Shown here: piece by piece, positions 1 to 13,766 of the stretch
How the letters are laid out: every line of letters starts with the position of its first letter
How positions within the stretch are numbered: the stretch's first letter is position 1
Source of the DNA: the human T2T-CHM13v2.0 reference genome, Homo sapiens
Direction: 5' to 3' (one strand)
Length of the DNA stretch: 64,000 nucleotides
NCBI RefSeq assembly: GCF_009914755.1
Contig: NC_060937.1
The notes under the pieces: generated by a model
Databases searched by the model: none
Seen by the model: the letters and a program-made list of their open reading frames with translations, nothing else
Told to the model about the DNA's origin: nothing
Translations under genes and position numbers: made by a program

Positions 1-1964
1 GTATTGCAAAATAATGTCCGCAGAGTAGGTCAGCACATTTATCATGTTTGATTTGGAGGTTCTGGGTAAAAAAAGAACTGGTTGTCTTTCATGTAACCAA
101 TTCTGCTTGGCTTAATATTCTTACATCAATTTATTTTTTTCTTGAGAGAAAAATAATGTTGTTATAAATTCTAACTGCCCCATTACCTATAAATATATCA
201 TTTAGGAAAATATGTTACTTTCCCATAAATAATTAGATATTTTTCTTTAGTTATCTATCACTAACTAAATCTTACCCTGTGTTACTGGAATGTCAGATAT
301 AGTTAATTAGGAATGTGAAACTCTTGCCATACCAGGGGACTTTTATCTTACCTATGATGTTTTCTTTTGAATGCAGAGCTGTTTTGATATATTTATTTTG
401 TATGCATTGTTTATAACATAATACTGATGCTATTAGTGTTCTTGGACTCATCAAAACTTTGTTAATTCTAAATTTCTTCACCTACTTAAGATATTGGTAT
501 TGCCCTATATACTCCACAATGGTGCTGAAAGTAACAATAAGTGAAGTTGTACAAAGCACACACAAATTAATGGAAACTAGAACTGCTTATTTTTAAATTT
601 TGGCTGAATATTCTTTACTACGGCCAATGATTATTGAACTAAAGAGAACGGGAAACAAACCGTAAAATCAGATCTGATATCCAAGTGACTAATGTAAGAT
701 GAAACGATACTTAATGAACAGGCAGACATTACTAAAAACAATGGCTTCTTTATCCTGAGAAACTGGATAATTATGAAAAACAAAAATAGCATTAGGAAGC
801 TGAAAATAGACAATGGTTTCAATTTTAAATAGCTTTCATTTTGGAACTCATAAAATTTATTTAAATGAATTTCTATATATAAATAACAATGCTTCATGTA
901 TTTTTCCTTATGTCGTAGTAAATTTCAGAAAGTTTTGATGCAACTCAAACTAAAAGAAGTAGGGTCATAATTATAAAGATAAAAGGTAAAATACTATATG
1001 TGCAGAAGAGAGAGATAACTATATCAGAAAACACTGGTTTTTTGATGCCATTGTTTTCTTTGGACTCATTAGCACCATGCTGTAAGTGTTAACCAGGGAA
1101 AATAGATCCACACACCAAGGTAAAACAAAGAAATGCAGACTGGGTAAATAGTTACATAGATTTTTGTATAAGAAAAAATTAGTAGCCAGATTGATTTGTA
1201 TTGACTACATATTTGGGTGTCTTGTAAATACAGACTATAAGCTGATTGTAAGCAAGAGCCAAATGTTGCTAGTCAGTGGAAATGAGACTGAAAAAAGCTG
1301 GTTAATTTCTACAACTTAAGTATAATTTGATTACAGATAAAGGACAATGTAGAAATGACCACACAATGTTCATACACACTTTGCTATCTAAAACTTATTC
1401 ATACAGTTCTTCAAAATAAAGCAGTTTGGTATAAAGTATCTATGCTAATTTTGCTTTCCATCTTTTAGCCTTTCTTATTGCCATGTTAATGAATTTCTAC
1501 TTTTTCTAACTTTACCTCACCATACTATTCTTCTGTTAGGTAAACCAATGAACTAGAAATTCTTTCTCTAAGGATATTGTAATTTCCCTATGGATTTATA
1601 ATCACATTAAATAAAATGGTGAGTTATATTTTATAGATTGTTAGTGGGGTAATCAATGTCAAAGTATATATTATTAATGTTTTTATGCTCATGTACAAAT
1701 GTTGCCCATGGCAAGGTGAAATAAGTTTTAATTTTCATGGTTTTATACAATGTTATCAGTTTTCAATTATTTGTGTTGAAATTGAAAACATTTTTCCCAC
1801 TTGAGGAAAATTGCTATTGAATTTTCCAAAAAGCATAAAACCTTCACAAGTGAGATGGTATGTTTTGGCAATTGTCTTGATATTTTATATGTATGGATTT
1901 AAGTATTAATTTATCTCCTTCCTAAACCTGGTTAGCCTCAAAGAAGGACATCACCGGCGAGTTT

Positions 1965-2240
1965 TATAAGCCAGGAACCTAGGAATCCACTTTATCTGCT
2001 CATCTCTTCCTGTGCACCAGCAGCGCCCAACTCCTTTTTCATGTCCTATTGATTTCATCTCTATTATTCATCTCTATTTTGTCTGTTTTTACCTCAGCTG
2101 CTGTAATCAAATTTAGGACCACTACTTTTAATTACAAATCTTACACTGTCACTCCCCTGATTAGGGGTCTTCATTTTTTTCCCATTGTTATTAAGAAAAA
2201 TATTTTAAAAGTTTGTCTTAATGTAAGTTCCACGTGGTCA
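1965..2240 (+). mobile_element. Degenerate L2 fragment
   Basis: ccaggaacctaggaatcc...cactgtcactcccctgatt resembles the L2 3' region; by eye. Confidence 0.4.
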
Positions 2241-2482
2241 AGCCTGTGTCTTTTTTTTTTTTTCTCTCATCATTGTATCCACAGAAATAAATAAGGTAAG
2301 ACTAACTTTCAATCAGTTTTTGAGCTGAGAGCTTCAAATCCAGACCAATTCTCACATTTACATCTGGTAAGTATCATTGTGGCAATAAAAGCGTTCAGAT
2401 ACAGCCTTTGTTATGGAGCAGCTTATGATATGCAGGAGAGGCACATGCACATATAATAACATGTATTTGCCTAATTATTATT

Positions 2483-2766
2483 GTTATTATTATTTTTTAT
2501 ACAGAATCTCACTATTACCCAGGCTGGAGAGCAGTGGTGCAATCTCAGCTCACTGCAACCTCTGCCTCCTGGGTTCAAGCGATTCTTCTGCCCAGCCTCC
2601 AGAGTAGCGAGACTACAGCACACGCCACCATGCCCAGCTAATTTTTGCATTTTAGTAGAGACGGGCTTTCACAATGCCAGGCTGGTCTCGAAGTCCTGAC
2701 CTCGTGATCTGCCGCCTCGTCTTCCCAAAGTGCTGGGATAATGGGCATGAGCCACCGCGCCCAGCC
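2483..2766 (-). mobile_element. Alu (AluS-like)
   Basis: Antisense Alu ending gccaccgcgcccagcc. TSD ctaattattatt at 2471-2482 and 2767-2778. Tail has decayed to (TTA)n. Confidence 0.95.
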
Positions 2767-2789
2767 CTAATTATTATTCTTAACTGTAA

Positions 2790-3300
2790 TTAAAGATAGA
2801 GAAGATAAAGAATGGTAATATGTTTAACATTTTGGAAATAAGCTTAATGGAACTTAGTAACTATTGAGATATAAATGGAGATAAAGTGAGTAAAATATGA
2901 AAGATGAATTCAGCATCTAGATTAACAATTGTTGTATAGTGGCATTATTAAGGAGGCAATAATGATGATGATAGCATCTAGTATATATCATGTACTTAAA
3001 ATGTGTTGGGCATTTTGTTAAGCTTTTATATTCATTATCCTAACTCTGAATTCACAATCCAAGCTTTTTATCACCCATATAAAGATCAGATTTTACGATA
3101 AATAAAATTCAGTTCAATATTGGACTGGTTGAATATGAGATGTTTCGGTAATAGTCATGCAGAGATTGACAACAGGGAATTATAAATATGGGACTGAAAT
3201 TTGGAAGAAAAGGAGATGCCCAGTGAGGAAGATTTGGAAGTCATTAATTTGTACATAGTAGATTAAGCCATGATGCTTTAAGCAGATATGGAAAGAATAA
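2790..3300 (-). mobile_element. Degenerate L2, probably with a MIR fragment inserted near 2955-3100
   Basis: agttcaatattggactggttgaatatgagatg...gatttggaagtcatt is typical of antisense L2. Confidence 0.45.
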
Positions 3301-4773
3301 AGGTATTGCTACCAAAAGTGTATTTCTACTATAAACCATAGAATAAGTCTCAAATAAACCAAATTGCATAATGTTTTAATCCTGAAGAGCTGAGCAAGAA
3401 TAAGCAAATATTGGTATGTGACTCCTATAGTTTAATACAAGTTACACAGATTATAATAAATTCTTAGCACAAATGATTGTATTAATGCATTTTTATAATA
3501 TTCAAGTTTCTCCACTTACTTCTAAGCTAAAATATTCTTTTTAATAAGATAATCAATACGAATACATGAATGCCTGACATATCTTAGGCCCTCAATTAAC
3601 AATGAATGAATGCACATTATGATTGAATTTAAAGATTTAACAATCCTAACTACTATTTAAGGTAGACAGCCTAAAGAAAGACAAAACCAAATAGACACAA
3701 CTAAGAATAATTTCAAAATGTGCCATTAGTCCAACTTGTAATATGATAATCAGTTAGGATATCCAGTAATTACAAAGTTCATCTTAAAAACATGGAGATG
3801 GCTGCCTTTAAATAGAGGTACTGCATATAACAGAAAAGAATTCAGCATATTTGAAGGACCATTGAAATAATATTATATTATAGGGTAGATTACATGCAGA
3901 TGGCAGACTTGTTGAAAGCTACTGTTTATATGAAACCAAATCATTCTGACCATAGCTTCTATTATACATAGTAAAGACATTCTATTCGAAGCACTTTTCA
4001 TCAGTTTTTCATAGGCATTCAGAAGAGGAGGTTTTCAAGGTCAAAAGGACCAATAAAATTTTGGCTGCTGGCAATGGAAAGAATACTTAGGATCAGCAGC
4101 AATACAGATAATTTTATTTTTACCTTTATACTCCAATTTGGGGAAAATACAAGCACTCATTTTTATCCCAAGAATAAATGGTTATAAAACTCTTCTGTAG
4201 ATTGCCATGACAATGAGAGTTAGAATAAGAAAGAGGGTTAAAAACTATGTTTCTAAATAAGGATTTATTTTCTCAAAATATCAATCTTCATAGGCAAATA
4301 TAAAGTAAAATTTAAACATTTTTATTCTTTTTATTTTAAAAATGATCTAATTTAATTATTGTAACCATAATGTGACCAATGAAGAATATAAGGGGGTATG
4401 AACCTAGGTAAAGTTACACAATGATTCAATGTCTGACTCGAGTGCTAAACACAGGTTTAAGTTTAGAAAAGACAACAACTCAGGATGGCATTTAGCTAAA
4501 TCAGTCACATTCATTTTTGTTTCTTTTTTGCAAAAATTTTTCCCAACATCAATATTAAGAAGGTACATGCCTTGGTAAAAAATAAATAATGAATGATGAA
4601 ATATGGCATCTTTTCTAAAATGGTCAAAGAAATAGGATTTTTTAAAATCCTCAACTTACAAAAATAACATGTATTCAAATTATCGTTATCTAGAAATAAT
4701 AGTAATAAAGCTACTGAATTTTAAATACTTTCAGTGTGAGAGAAATCTACCTATTAAAAATAAGTATCTCCAT

Positions 4774-5062
<289 letters not shown>

Positions 5063-6275
5063 TCATCATCATCCAGGGGGCCTTTAATTAACAATGAATC
5101 GTTATCTGATTCTAAAAAATATTCTCCATTGTAAAATACTTACTATAATCTGTTATTTTCTTTGTAATCTCAAACTGTCTTAAATAATTTTAATATTTCC
5201 TCCAATGTTAAAATATTGCACACTTCCTACTTTTTGCCTGTTCTACCACACACATTCTCTCACATCATTACATCAGAGAATATTAAGATCATCATATACA
5301 GATGCTCTCATTTAGATAAGCCTGGCCTAAGACTTGAGGTCGCCTGGGTAAATGCACCTTGTTAAACTTACAACAAATGTTGCTCTTAATTAAAATAACT
5401 TATATGAAACAACCACTTAAGACTTCAGCTACTAGACTAAAACAAAATTTTTCAAAACGAATTAAATACCTAAGGACTTCCTTTAGTTAAAATGATCTGT
5501 GTAAAAACTGTTTTCTTCTTTGATTTTGAAATTTTGCTCTGTGAGCTTCCTATGAAGAGTTGCTTTTCAGAAAGAAACATCTGGAGTATACTTTACGCTT
5601 AGTGTAAGTATCTTTAAGCCATTTCACAAGAAACATAATTGTGTTATGGACATACCAATAAACAATAATGGAAAGACGACTTGTCTTTTAATACTTGTGT
5701 GTGCAAATTACTATGATGGGTGTTTTAAATATATTTATCCATTTTAAATCTAATTAACTCACAAAAGTATTAAGACTTTAAGAATAGAACTTGGCTTAAT
5801 TTTTGAACTGTGTCAAATCTCTACTGAACTGTTTGAACTATTGAAACAGTTCTCTACTGAACTGTTGAAAAAATATTTCAAAAAAAATATTTTTTGAAAA
5901 TCATTTAATTATGTGCATTTATTCAGGTTAATATTAATAAAATTTTAAATTTTAGATGAGAAATAAGATGGCTTTGAAAAACAATTTATGTTCTTATTTA
6001 TGCCAAAATTAAGTTAACCCTGCATATTGGAAATCTTAGGGAGGCAAGACAACAGAAACGATCAGACTAAGATTATTATGCAGTCATATAAACTAGCAAA
6101 CAAAGAAATAGAGCAGAAAACATAATTTAAATATATATATATATCCAGCATGCTATGGTGTACAGGCCAAGGAGCAAGAAATTGCATTTAAACTTTGTAA
6201 TACAACCTACAGTTTATTTTTCTGTATATATTTGAATCATAGAATATTAGAGAACAAAATAGACATTGAAATCAT

Positions 6276-6440
6276 TTGTTCATTCATTTTTTTAGCATAT
6301 ACCGAACATCTATTTTGTGCCAGGCACTGTTGTAAGTACTGGGGAGATAGCAATGGACAAAGCAGATGAAACTTTATATCCTCATGGAGTTTATATTAAA
6401 ACTACAGGGAGGTTGAAAAAATAAACAAATAAATAAAGTA
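6276..6440 (-). mobile_element. L2 3' end
   Basis: ttcattcatt...tgtgccaggcactgttgtaagtactggggagatagcaatgg...ctcatggagtttatatt. Confidence 0.7.
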
Positions 6441-6584
6441 ATATTATATGCCAATTATGGAAGGATGAAAAAGAATTTTCTCATGTGCATGTGTGTATTT
6501 GAGCACATGTAAGCATGTGTGTTGGAAAAAAAATATATTTCAAAATGATGCAATAAGGTAAAGACTTTGCTGAGGATGGCACCA

Positions 6585-6690
6585 TAAAGTCTAATACCCT
6601 CATTTTACAGCAAAGGAAGCTGAGGTTCAGAGTGATTAAATTAAGTGCTTAAGGTCGCACAGCCTTTTGGAAAAAGAGCTGAATTTGGAA
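6585..6690 (-). mobile_element. MIR core
   Basis: ccctcattttacagcaaaggaagctgaggttcagag...aaggtcgcacagc. Confidence 0.75.
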
Positions 6691-9600
6691 GATGTTTGCA
6701 GGCCTTTTGGCCCCATGTCCTCTCCACGGCACAACAGCACACACCCAGTTCAGAGAGTTGCCTGGGCCATGCAGTGAGGCGAAGACATACATAAACGGTG
6801 CGTCTGGATGACAGCTGGGTACCTCAATTGACTAGAGGAGAGAACACATATTAGGAAAGTCTGAGAAGTCAGAAGGAATTAGGTAGGCTAGGACCAGATT
6901 ATGAAAGTTCTCAGATGTCAGGATGATGAGTTTGGTCATCATCTTAGGCAGAGGAGAGATATGATTAAAGTGATGTATCAGATAGTCAGAAGGAGGAGAA
7001 GAAACTCATCATCAGGAATAATCATCCTGAGTTCTGTCATCCACCACATTGACATTGATATGACCAGGGCAGGATTCCTGAATCTCATATTTCATGCCAC
7101 TGGAAAATTGATAAAATAGAAAAAAAAATCTTGTGTTCTCTATCATTAGAGTTTTCTAAGAAGATGACTGAAGAACAAATTGGCTTTCAGAGCCAGCCAT
7201 GACAAAACAATTATGTTGGGTGAGGACAAGTGGTTACTGCATACTCTACTCCATATCTAAACCTACTGGCTGTAGTTCCTTTTATACTGCAGTTAATATT
7301 TTTTTAATTAAGAAAAAACTATCTGTATCATGTTTGGAAGGTTTCACATACAGGGATATAATTTACCCTTTCTTGACAGGGGGTACCAGCTCACCAATAA
7401 CTGAGTCAACAATGTGGAGTTCTTATTAGAAAAGCAAGAGGGTACTTGGTAGATTCAGGTTAACAGATAACTTTTAGACCCTCCCTGAGTGACACAGTTG
7501 GAGATGCTAAAAAGGGAATATTCCTCCCAAATTCAGGATTAAATAGTAAGGTTTATGAAATGTAACAAGGTTGCTTCAATCTTTTTTAAAGAAAAATTAA
7601 ATCTGGGGAATATGCTTTAATATTGCAATTTCTATTGGTGCAAAGTGTATATCACACGGCACTTCAAATAACTGTTATTAAACAGAATATTATACACATC
7701 AGCAGATAGGAAAACAGTGTAATACTCTGACATTGAAACAGTATTACACACTATTTATTACTATTCTTCACTATTCACAATTCTTATATTCACCAGCTTT
7801 CTTCAATACTGACCTCTCAAAAATGACAATATATAATATATCGTGTAGGCAATAATTTCCAAAAGATACCACAATAATTTATATCTAATACTATAGGGAA
7901 TTGCATACCTAAAAATATATACATGCAGAAAGTACTTATTATCTTCAGCCTGAAAAAATCAAATAGCATGATGAGCCTTCATTCTGCCCAGGAAGAGTTT
8001 TCTCTTCCTCATCAAAGCCATCAAATCATCATATTATTATAGGTTTCTCACATGTAAAATAATACCCAATGTGATTATTTTCATTTGTATGAGTTGTCCC
8101 TTCACATTATATCACTTACTTTAATGATTTTTGTTTTAATAGCCCAAAGTTTTTCGGTTAAATTTCTATTTTTATCTGGAAAGCTTAAAACCTGGTACAA
8201 TTTAACATGCTAAAATAAAGTTTCAAGCAGGTCGCTACACATAGACTGCTTTTAAAAATTCAAAAAAGCCCCAATAGCAAATGTCATTTCTTTCCATAGT
8301 TACAAAATGCAAACTCCAAGTGTTTTATCCTAATGAATAAATGAGTTTGTCCTTTATGTATAAAATATAGTTTGTGTTTGTTGCACAAGTTTTTAATAAT
8401 AGATGAATTTTAGGTTTGCTCCAACGTATTCAATAAAGTGTGATTAATTTGGTTTTTCAAAAATGCAAACTAGACATTACTATATTACTTTGCAAAATGC
8501 ACAGCTTGCAACATTATTGTCTCAGTGGGATCTTAAATTGAATTGTAAAATGTGTCTTATTTCCAGTTTGATTTATGTAAGAGACAGCAGTGGATAATGC
8601 CCCTTTTGAAGTTTCACTGCTTTGTGTGACCAAACAACAGAAAACTAAAATTCATGATATAGTTTGTTAAAACCTCAAACAAACTTATACGTTATATAAT
8701 ATTTGACTGAAATAAAAACTTATGATGGACTTGGAATACCACATCTTCAGTGAAACAACTTTTTGAAGTTTCTTATTATGATGGATTATACAACACATTT
8801 TTGACATTTTCTGTGATTTTTTATGATATTTCAAGTAATTACCAAATCATGTTTTACTCTAAGAAAGCTTTTCTGTGCCCTGAGAATTAATCTATGATAC
8901 CATTTAACTTGGCTTTTTGAAGTAAATATCACCAGATAAAAGCCAGCTGGATCTGAATAATAGGATACTTGAATGAATGTATTAGTGTTTGAAAAAGAGA
9001 GTACAAATCTTCTAAAAAGATTAATTTCCATAAAAAAGATAGCTCCCAGATCTACAAAAGAATAAATTCAAAAACATAATAAACTCTCAGAAAGAAAGGT
9101 AGATTAAAGTAAAAGCTGCAGCACCTTGTTACTGCAGCTGTTGTGTAGCAATGATTCTGTATCAATTACATTCGGTTGGTCCTGTAGGGCTCTTCAAAGC
9201 TTTCTGTGAAAAGCCTGAATGTGGAATACATGTGACACCGTAAGTAATAACTTTAGCGATTAATTTTGATGCAACACCACATTTATTCTGATCTTACTCT
9301 CAATATTTACAGTTTGAGAGAAGCTACAAAGGTTTAGATGGGAACGGATGAATCTACTAACAACGCTTTTTTTCCTCCATTTATTAAAGATGTGGATATG
9401 AATTTTTCTTTGTCATGAAAATACTGCAGCTTTATCACAGGACATAGTTGCTGACATCATCATGTAAAAAGACTTGAGTTGGCCAATGGACTTTGTTTTC
9501 AATATCCTGTTTCAAAATGTGTCTTCTAAAAAGTCCAGGAATTCTGTTCACACAACTTCTCTACTTTAGTTTGTACAATTACTAATAAAAACAAAGTTTG

Positions 9601-12057
9601 ACCACACATAAACTCCTCTGGGAGGTAAAAAGTACCCTTTCATTTTAAATAATTCTTATGCTGTTATTATCTTGAATACAAAACCAAAAGCAAATATGGA
9701 AATAACTTGATTTTTTAACTTTGATTAAATCCTCAAAAATGCAAATCTACCTAAAGCATTCACATAAGAATATCATATTAGACAATTTCAAATGCAATAT
9801 AAAGTACAGTAAAACAAGGAACAGACAAATGATAGTCTATTGTAATTCTGAAGTCATTTTTTCAGAAACAATTTTTTGTAAAAAACAACACAAAATAATG
9901 AACAAAAAGTGAAATTACTGACCAATTCTTACAATAGAAACACTAAGCCATTAAATGAGATTAGTAAATCACTTTGTCAATCACATTTTGACAATAATTT
10001 TACTGTGTGAAGATAAATAAATGGCTATTTTCCTCCCTTTCTTTAATTTTTTCTATAGTTATCTGCCAAAAGCAATCCATAAATGAAATGTAACCTAGTA
10101 ACTGTAAATGTGTTTATTTAAATGGAGCAAGTTGTTTAAATATAGCGAGATGTTTAAATATTAAGTCAATGTCCATCATAATCAAGACATAAAAGACATA
10201 TTACCATTATTAGCAAAATATCACTCCCTATGAAATGCGATAGTGTTTATCAAAAAAATAAAATAAAAAGGAAGGCTGCCTTCTCTGCACTCATACGAAC
10301 CACTAACTGGTTATGACAATTTTTAATAGTAACTCAAAAATTTCTTTATCATACTTCTTCAAGAAAGCTGCTTTTAGTTAAAACATAAAATGGTACTTAG
10401 AAGGTTTCTGCAAACATAACTGCCATTCCATTAAGGAAATGGTGCAGCAAACAGTAAATAGTGGCCTCAAGGGAAATGTAAGTATTGATTTTATTACACT
10501 GTTGGTTGGTTTGTATTTGAAACTGTCAACTCTAATTTCGAACTATGCTTTAAGTATCCCTAAAACTGATTAAGAAAAGGAGAAATATTAATTGAAAAAT
10601 AGTGATAATTATTATTTTTGTAGTTTTAAATACCACAGAGATTATTTCTTTTCAGCTTTTGGTAGCCTGTATTTTTAAACTACAAAATTTTATTTTGATA
10701 AACATAGTAAATAAATGATGATCTCATATTCATTAAGTCAAATTATATACTCATTTTGTAGACCGTAAGTCAGTATCTTACTCTAGGAGTGAAGCTAATC
10801 AGTATTAAAAATGTGAACATGGTTACACAACTCCTTAATTCAGTTTGGGGATATAGCTTTAAATTCATTGATATTGACGTTTTGATTCACCTAAAAAGAC
10901 CTGATATGAGTATAATACTAATTATAAATCTAGAAATTTCATCATATTGAAATAAACTTCAACCCCTTGCCTCATTAAGCATAAATCATCAAATACTGAA
11001 AAAAGAACAAAATTTGCTAACTTAATATAATTGATGTTTTATATTATCATCATTATCACTGATTTTCCTTTTTTACATTTCAGTAAATGACAGCACATTC
11101 ATGCTAAAAGTATAATTAATAACACAGATCATTTTATTAAACCATGCCAGAGAGCAATTCTGTTTAATATGTACATTTTAAACTATACCTACGGGGCTGT
11201 AAATATAGTCAGTGTTAAACTTCTACAATTAACTAAAAGAAGTGTTTATGCTAAACATAAATCTTTGAAATGTCCTCTATGGAAATCTAAAGAGGTGAAA
11301 ATTAATATAAAGAAAACATTACGGCTGTTCTTCAGATTAAAAACATAAAGCATTCTTGGGTTCACAAGCCACACAGCGCACTATAAACATCTCATATCAG
11401 TAAGAAAAAGAAAACCTGTTATATAAGCTCACAAAAAATCATTAATATAATTAAACCAAGTCTCTATATCATGAATCTAAGAAGAGGGTCAAAGGAAAAC
11501 CATTCTTATAGTTTACCACAAAAGTCATACTTATATTGTGTTTTAAATTATTTGGAGAGTACACATATCTTAATAAAGGAAAGCCTTGCTTTGACAAGGT
11601 AGATGGGAATTCTTTGCATATTCAACATGTGTTTACTGAACCAAATTTCTCAATTCTGAAGAATTAAAATTTGATGGATAAATACACAATCTGGCCTCAC
11701 TGGTTGTACTATAGGCTTGAATCTCAGATCTGCCATTTGTTATACAGTTTGAATGAAAGTTGTGAAGGATACATTTTCATATTCACTTTGGAATTAGCCA
11801 TAGACTAGAAAGCCTTACACAGAGATGTCCCTTACAAAATGTTAGTTGAATGAATGAGATGCATAAGAAAAGTTTAGTAAATATTCCTGCTAGGACTGAC
11901 ATTTTAATTATAAGAATGGGGGAAAAATAGGATATTATCTAACAATAATTTAAAAATCAACAGAGATTTTGAAAATAACTTTTAGTTCATCTTCATTGTC
12001 CGCCTTCCTGAGAGCATCATATTGCTTAAAAAGTCATCTACAATTTCCCAGTTTTTC

Positions 12058-12507
<450 letters not shown>

Positions 12508-12572
12508 TGAGGATTTCTAATATAGATTCTAAAAAATCATGAGCTTTTTTTATAATCCATAGATCTACATAT

Positions 12573-12976
12573 CAGTGATTTTCAAACATCTTGGTTTCAG
12601 GACTTCTTTATACACATGGATTATAAATAGTTACCACATTAGAAAGGAAAAACTGTTAAAAAATCTTAAATATATATGCAAAAATATGGTAAGAAGCAAA
12701 ACATTTTGTTTTACACTTTTGCAAAACTCTTTACTAAATGGCTTGAAAGAAGTCACTTAGATTTTGACATCCACTTCTGCATTCACCCTGTTGTGATGAA
12801 ATGAGTCATGTAGCCTCTGACAAACAACTGTATACTCATGAGGGAATGACAGTTTAAGAGAAGTAAATAATATATTAGTATTATTATGAAATGAGATGTG
12901 ACTTCTTGGACTCCCTGGAAGTATTTTGGGAACCCTCCCTTCCAGGGGACCTGGAACCACACTTTAAGAAATACTG
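12573..12976. mobile_element. hAT-Charlie family non-autonomous DNA transposon
   Basis: Imperfect terminal inverted repeats cagtgattttcaaa / tttaagaaatactg. Internal ttggtttcaggac, cttctgcattca and ggaaccacacttt resemble Charlie elements. Confidence 0.7.
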
Positions 12977-13448
12977 TAGTATCTGATGACATTTTAAGGT
13001 ATTTAGAACATCCAGGTTACATTAATTTACTAAATCAAATACTGCCCTAGTATGACTTCAGAAAATAAGAACAAGATTAAAAAGTTACTCTTAACGTTTC
13101 TTACACAAAGCCATTGTATCACTGCCATGCCAAACAACAGAATCCAAAAAAAAGCTAGTTAAAACAAAAAAAGGGAGCTTTTTCTCTAGAGTTAATTTTA
13201 CCTCACAGGGAATAACTACTTATTATTCATTGTGAGGTAGCAGACAAACTACAGAAATTAGTAAAAGTTAGGTGTGGCTGTCCATATTACCTTTGCAGTC
13301 TTAAAAATTCTGTGTAATATAGCAACAATCAAAGAGAAGGGCCACATTATCAAATAGATTAGATGATGAGTATAAACAAAGCACCTGCTATATAAATGGC
13401 ATGAGGAGGAGAAAGAAGTACTTTGAAAATTTTAAAAAGGAGAATTAG

Positions 13449-13766
13449 GGGCTGAGTGCCATGGCTCATGCCTGTAATCTCAATATTTTTGGAGGCCAAG
13501 GTGGGAGAATCACCTAAGCCCAGGAGTTCAAGACCAGGCTGGGCAACAAAAAATAATTAAAACTGCTAGCTGGGCGTGGTGACATCCACCCGTGGTCCCA
13601 GCTACTTGAGGTATTGAGGTGGGAGGATCATTTGAGCCCAGGAGGTCGAGGTTGCATTGAGTCATAACCGTGCCACTGCTCTCTAGCCTGGGAGACATAG
13701 CAAGACTCTATCTCAAAAAAAAAAAAAAAAAAAAAAAGAAAAGAAAAAAAGAAAAGAAAAAAGAAG
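13449..13766 (+). mobile_element. Alu (AluJ-like) with long A/G tail
   Basis: Alu body with an A-rich tail of about 55 nt; TSD aaaaggagaatt on both sides. Confidence 0.93.

Noticed and set aside
340-375. AG|GTAAG on the minus strand as a recursive splice site
   Set aside because: The upstream sequence is purine-rich on the transcript strand; no polypyrimidine tract.
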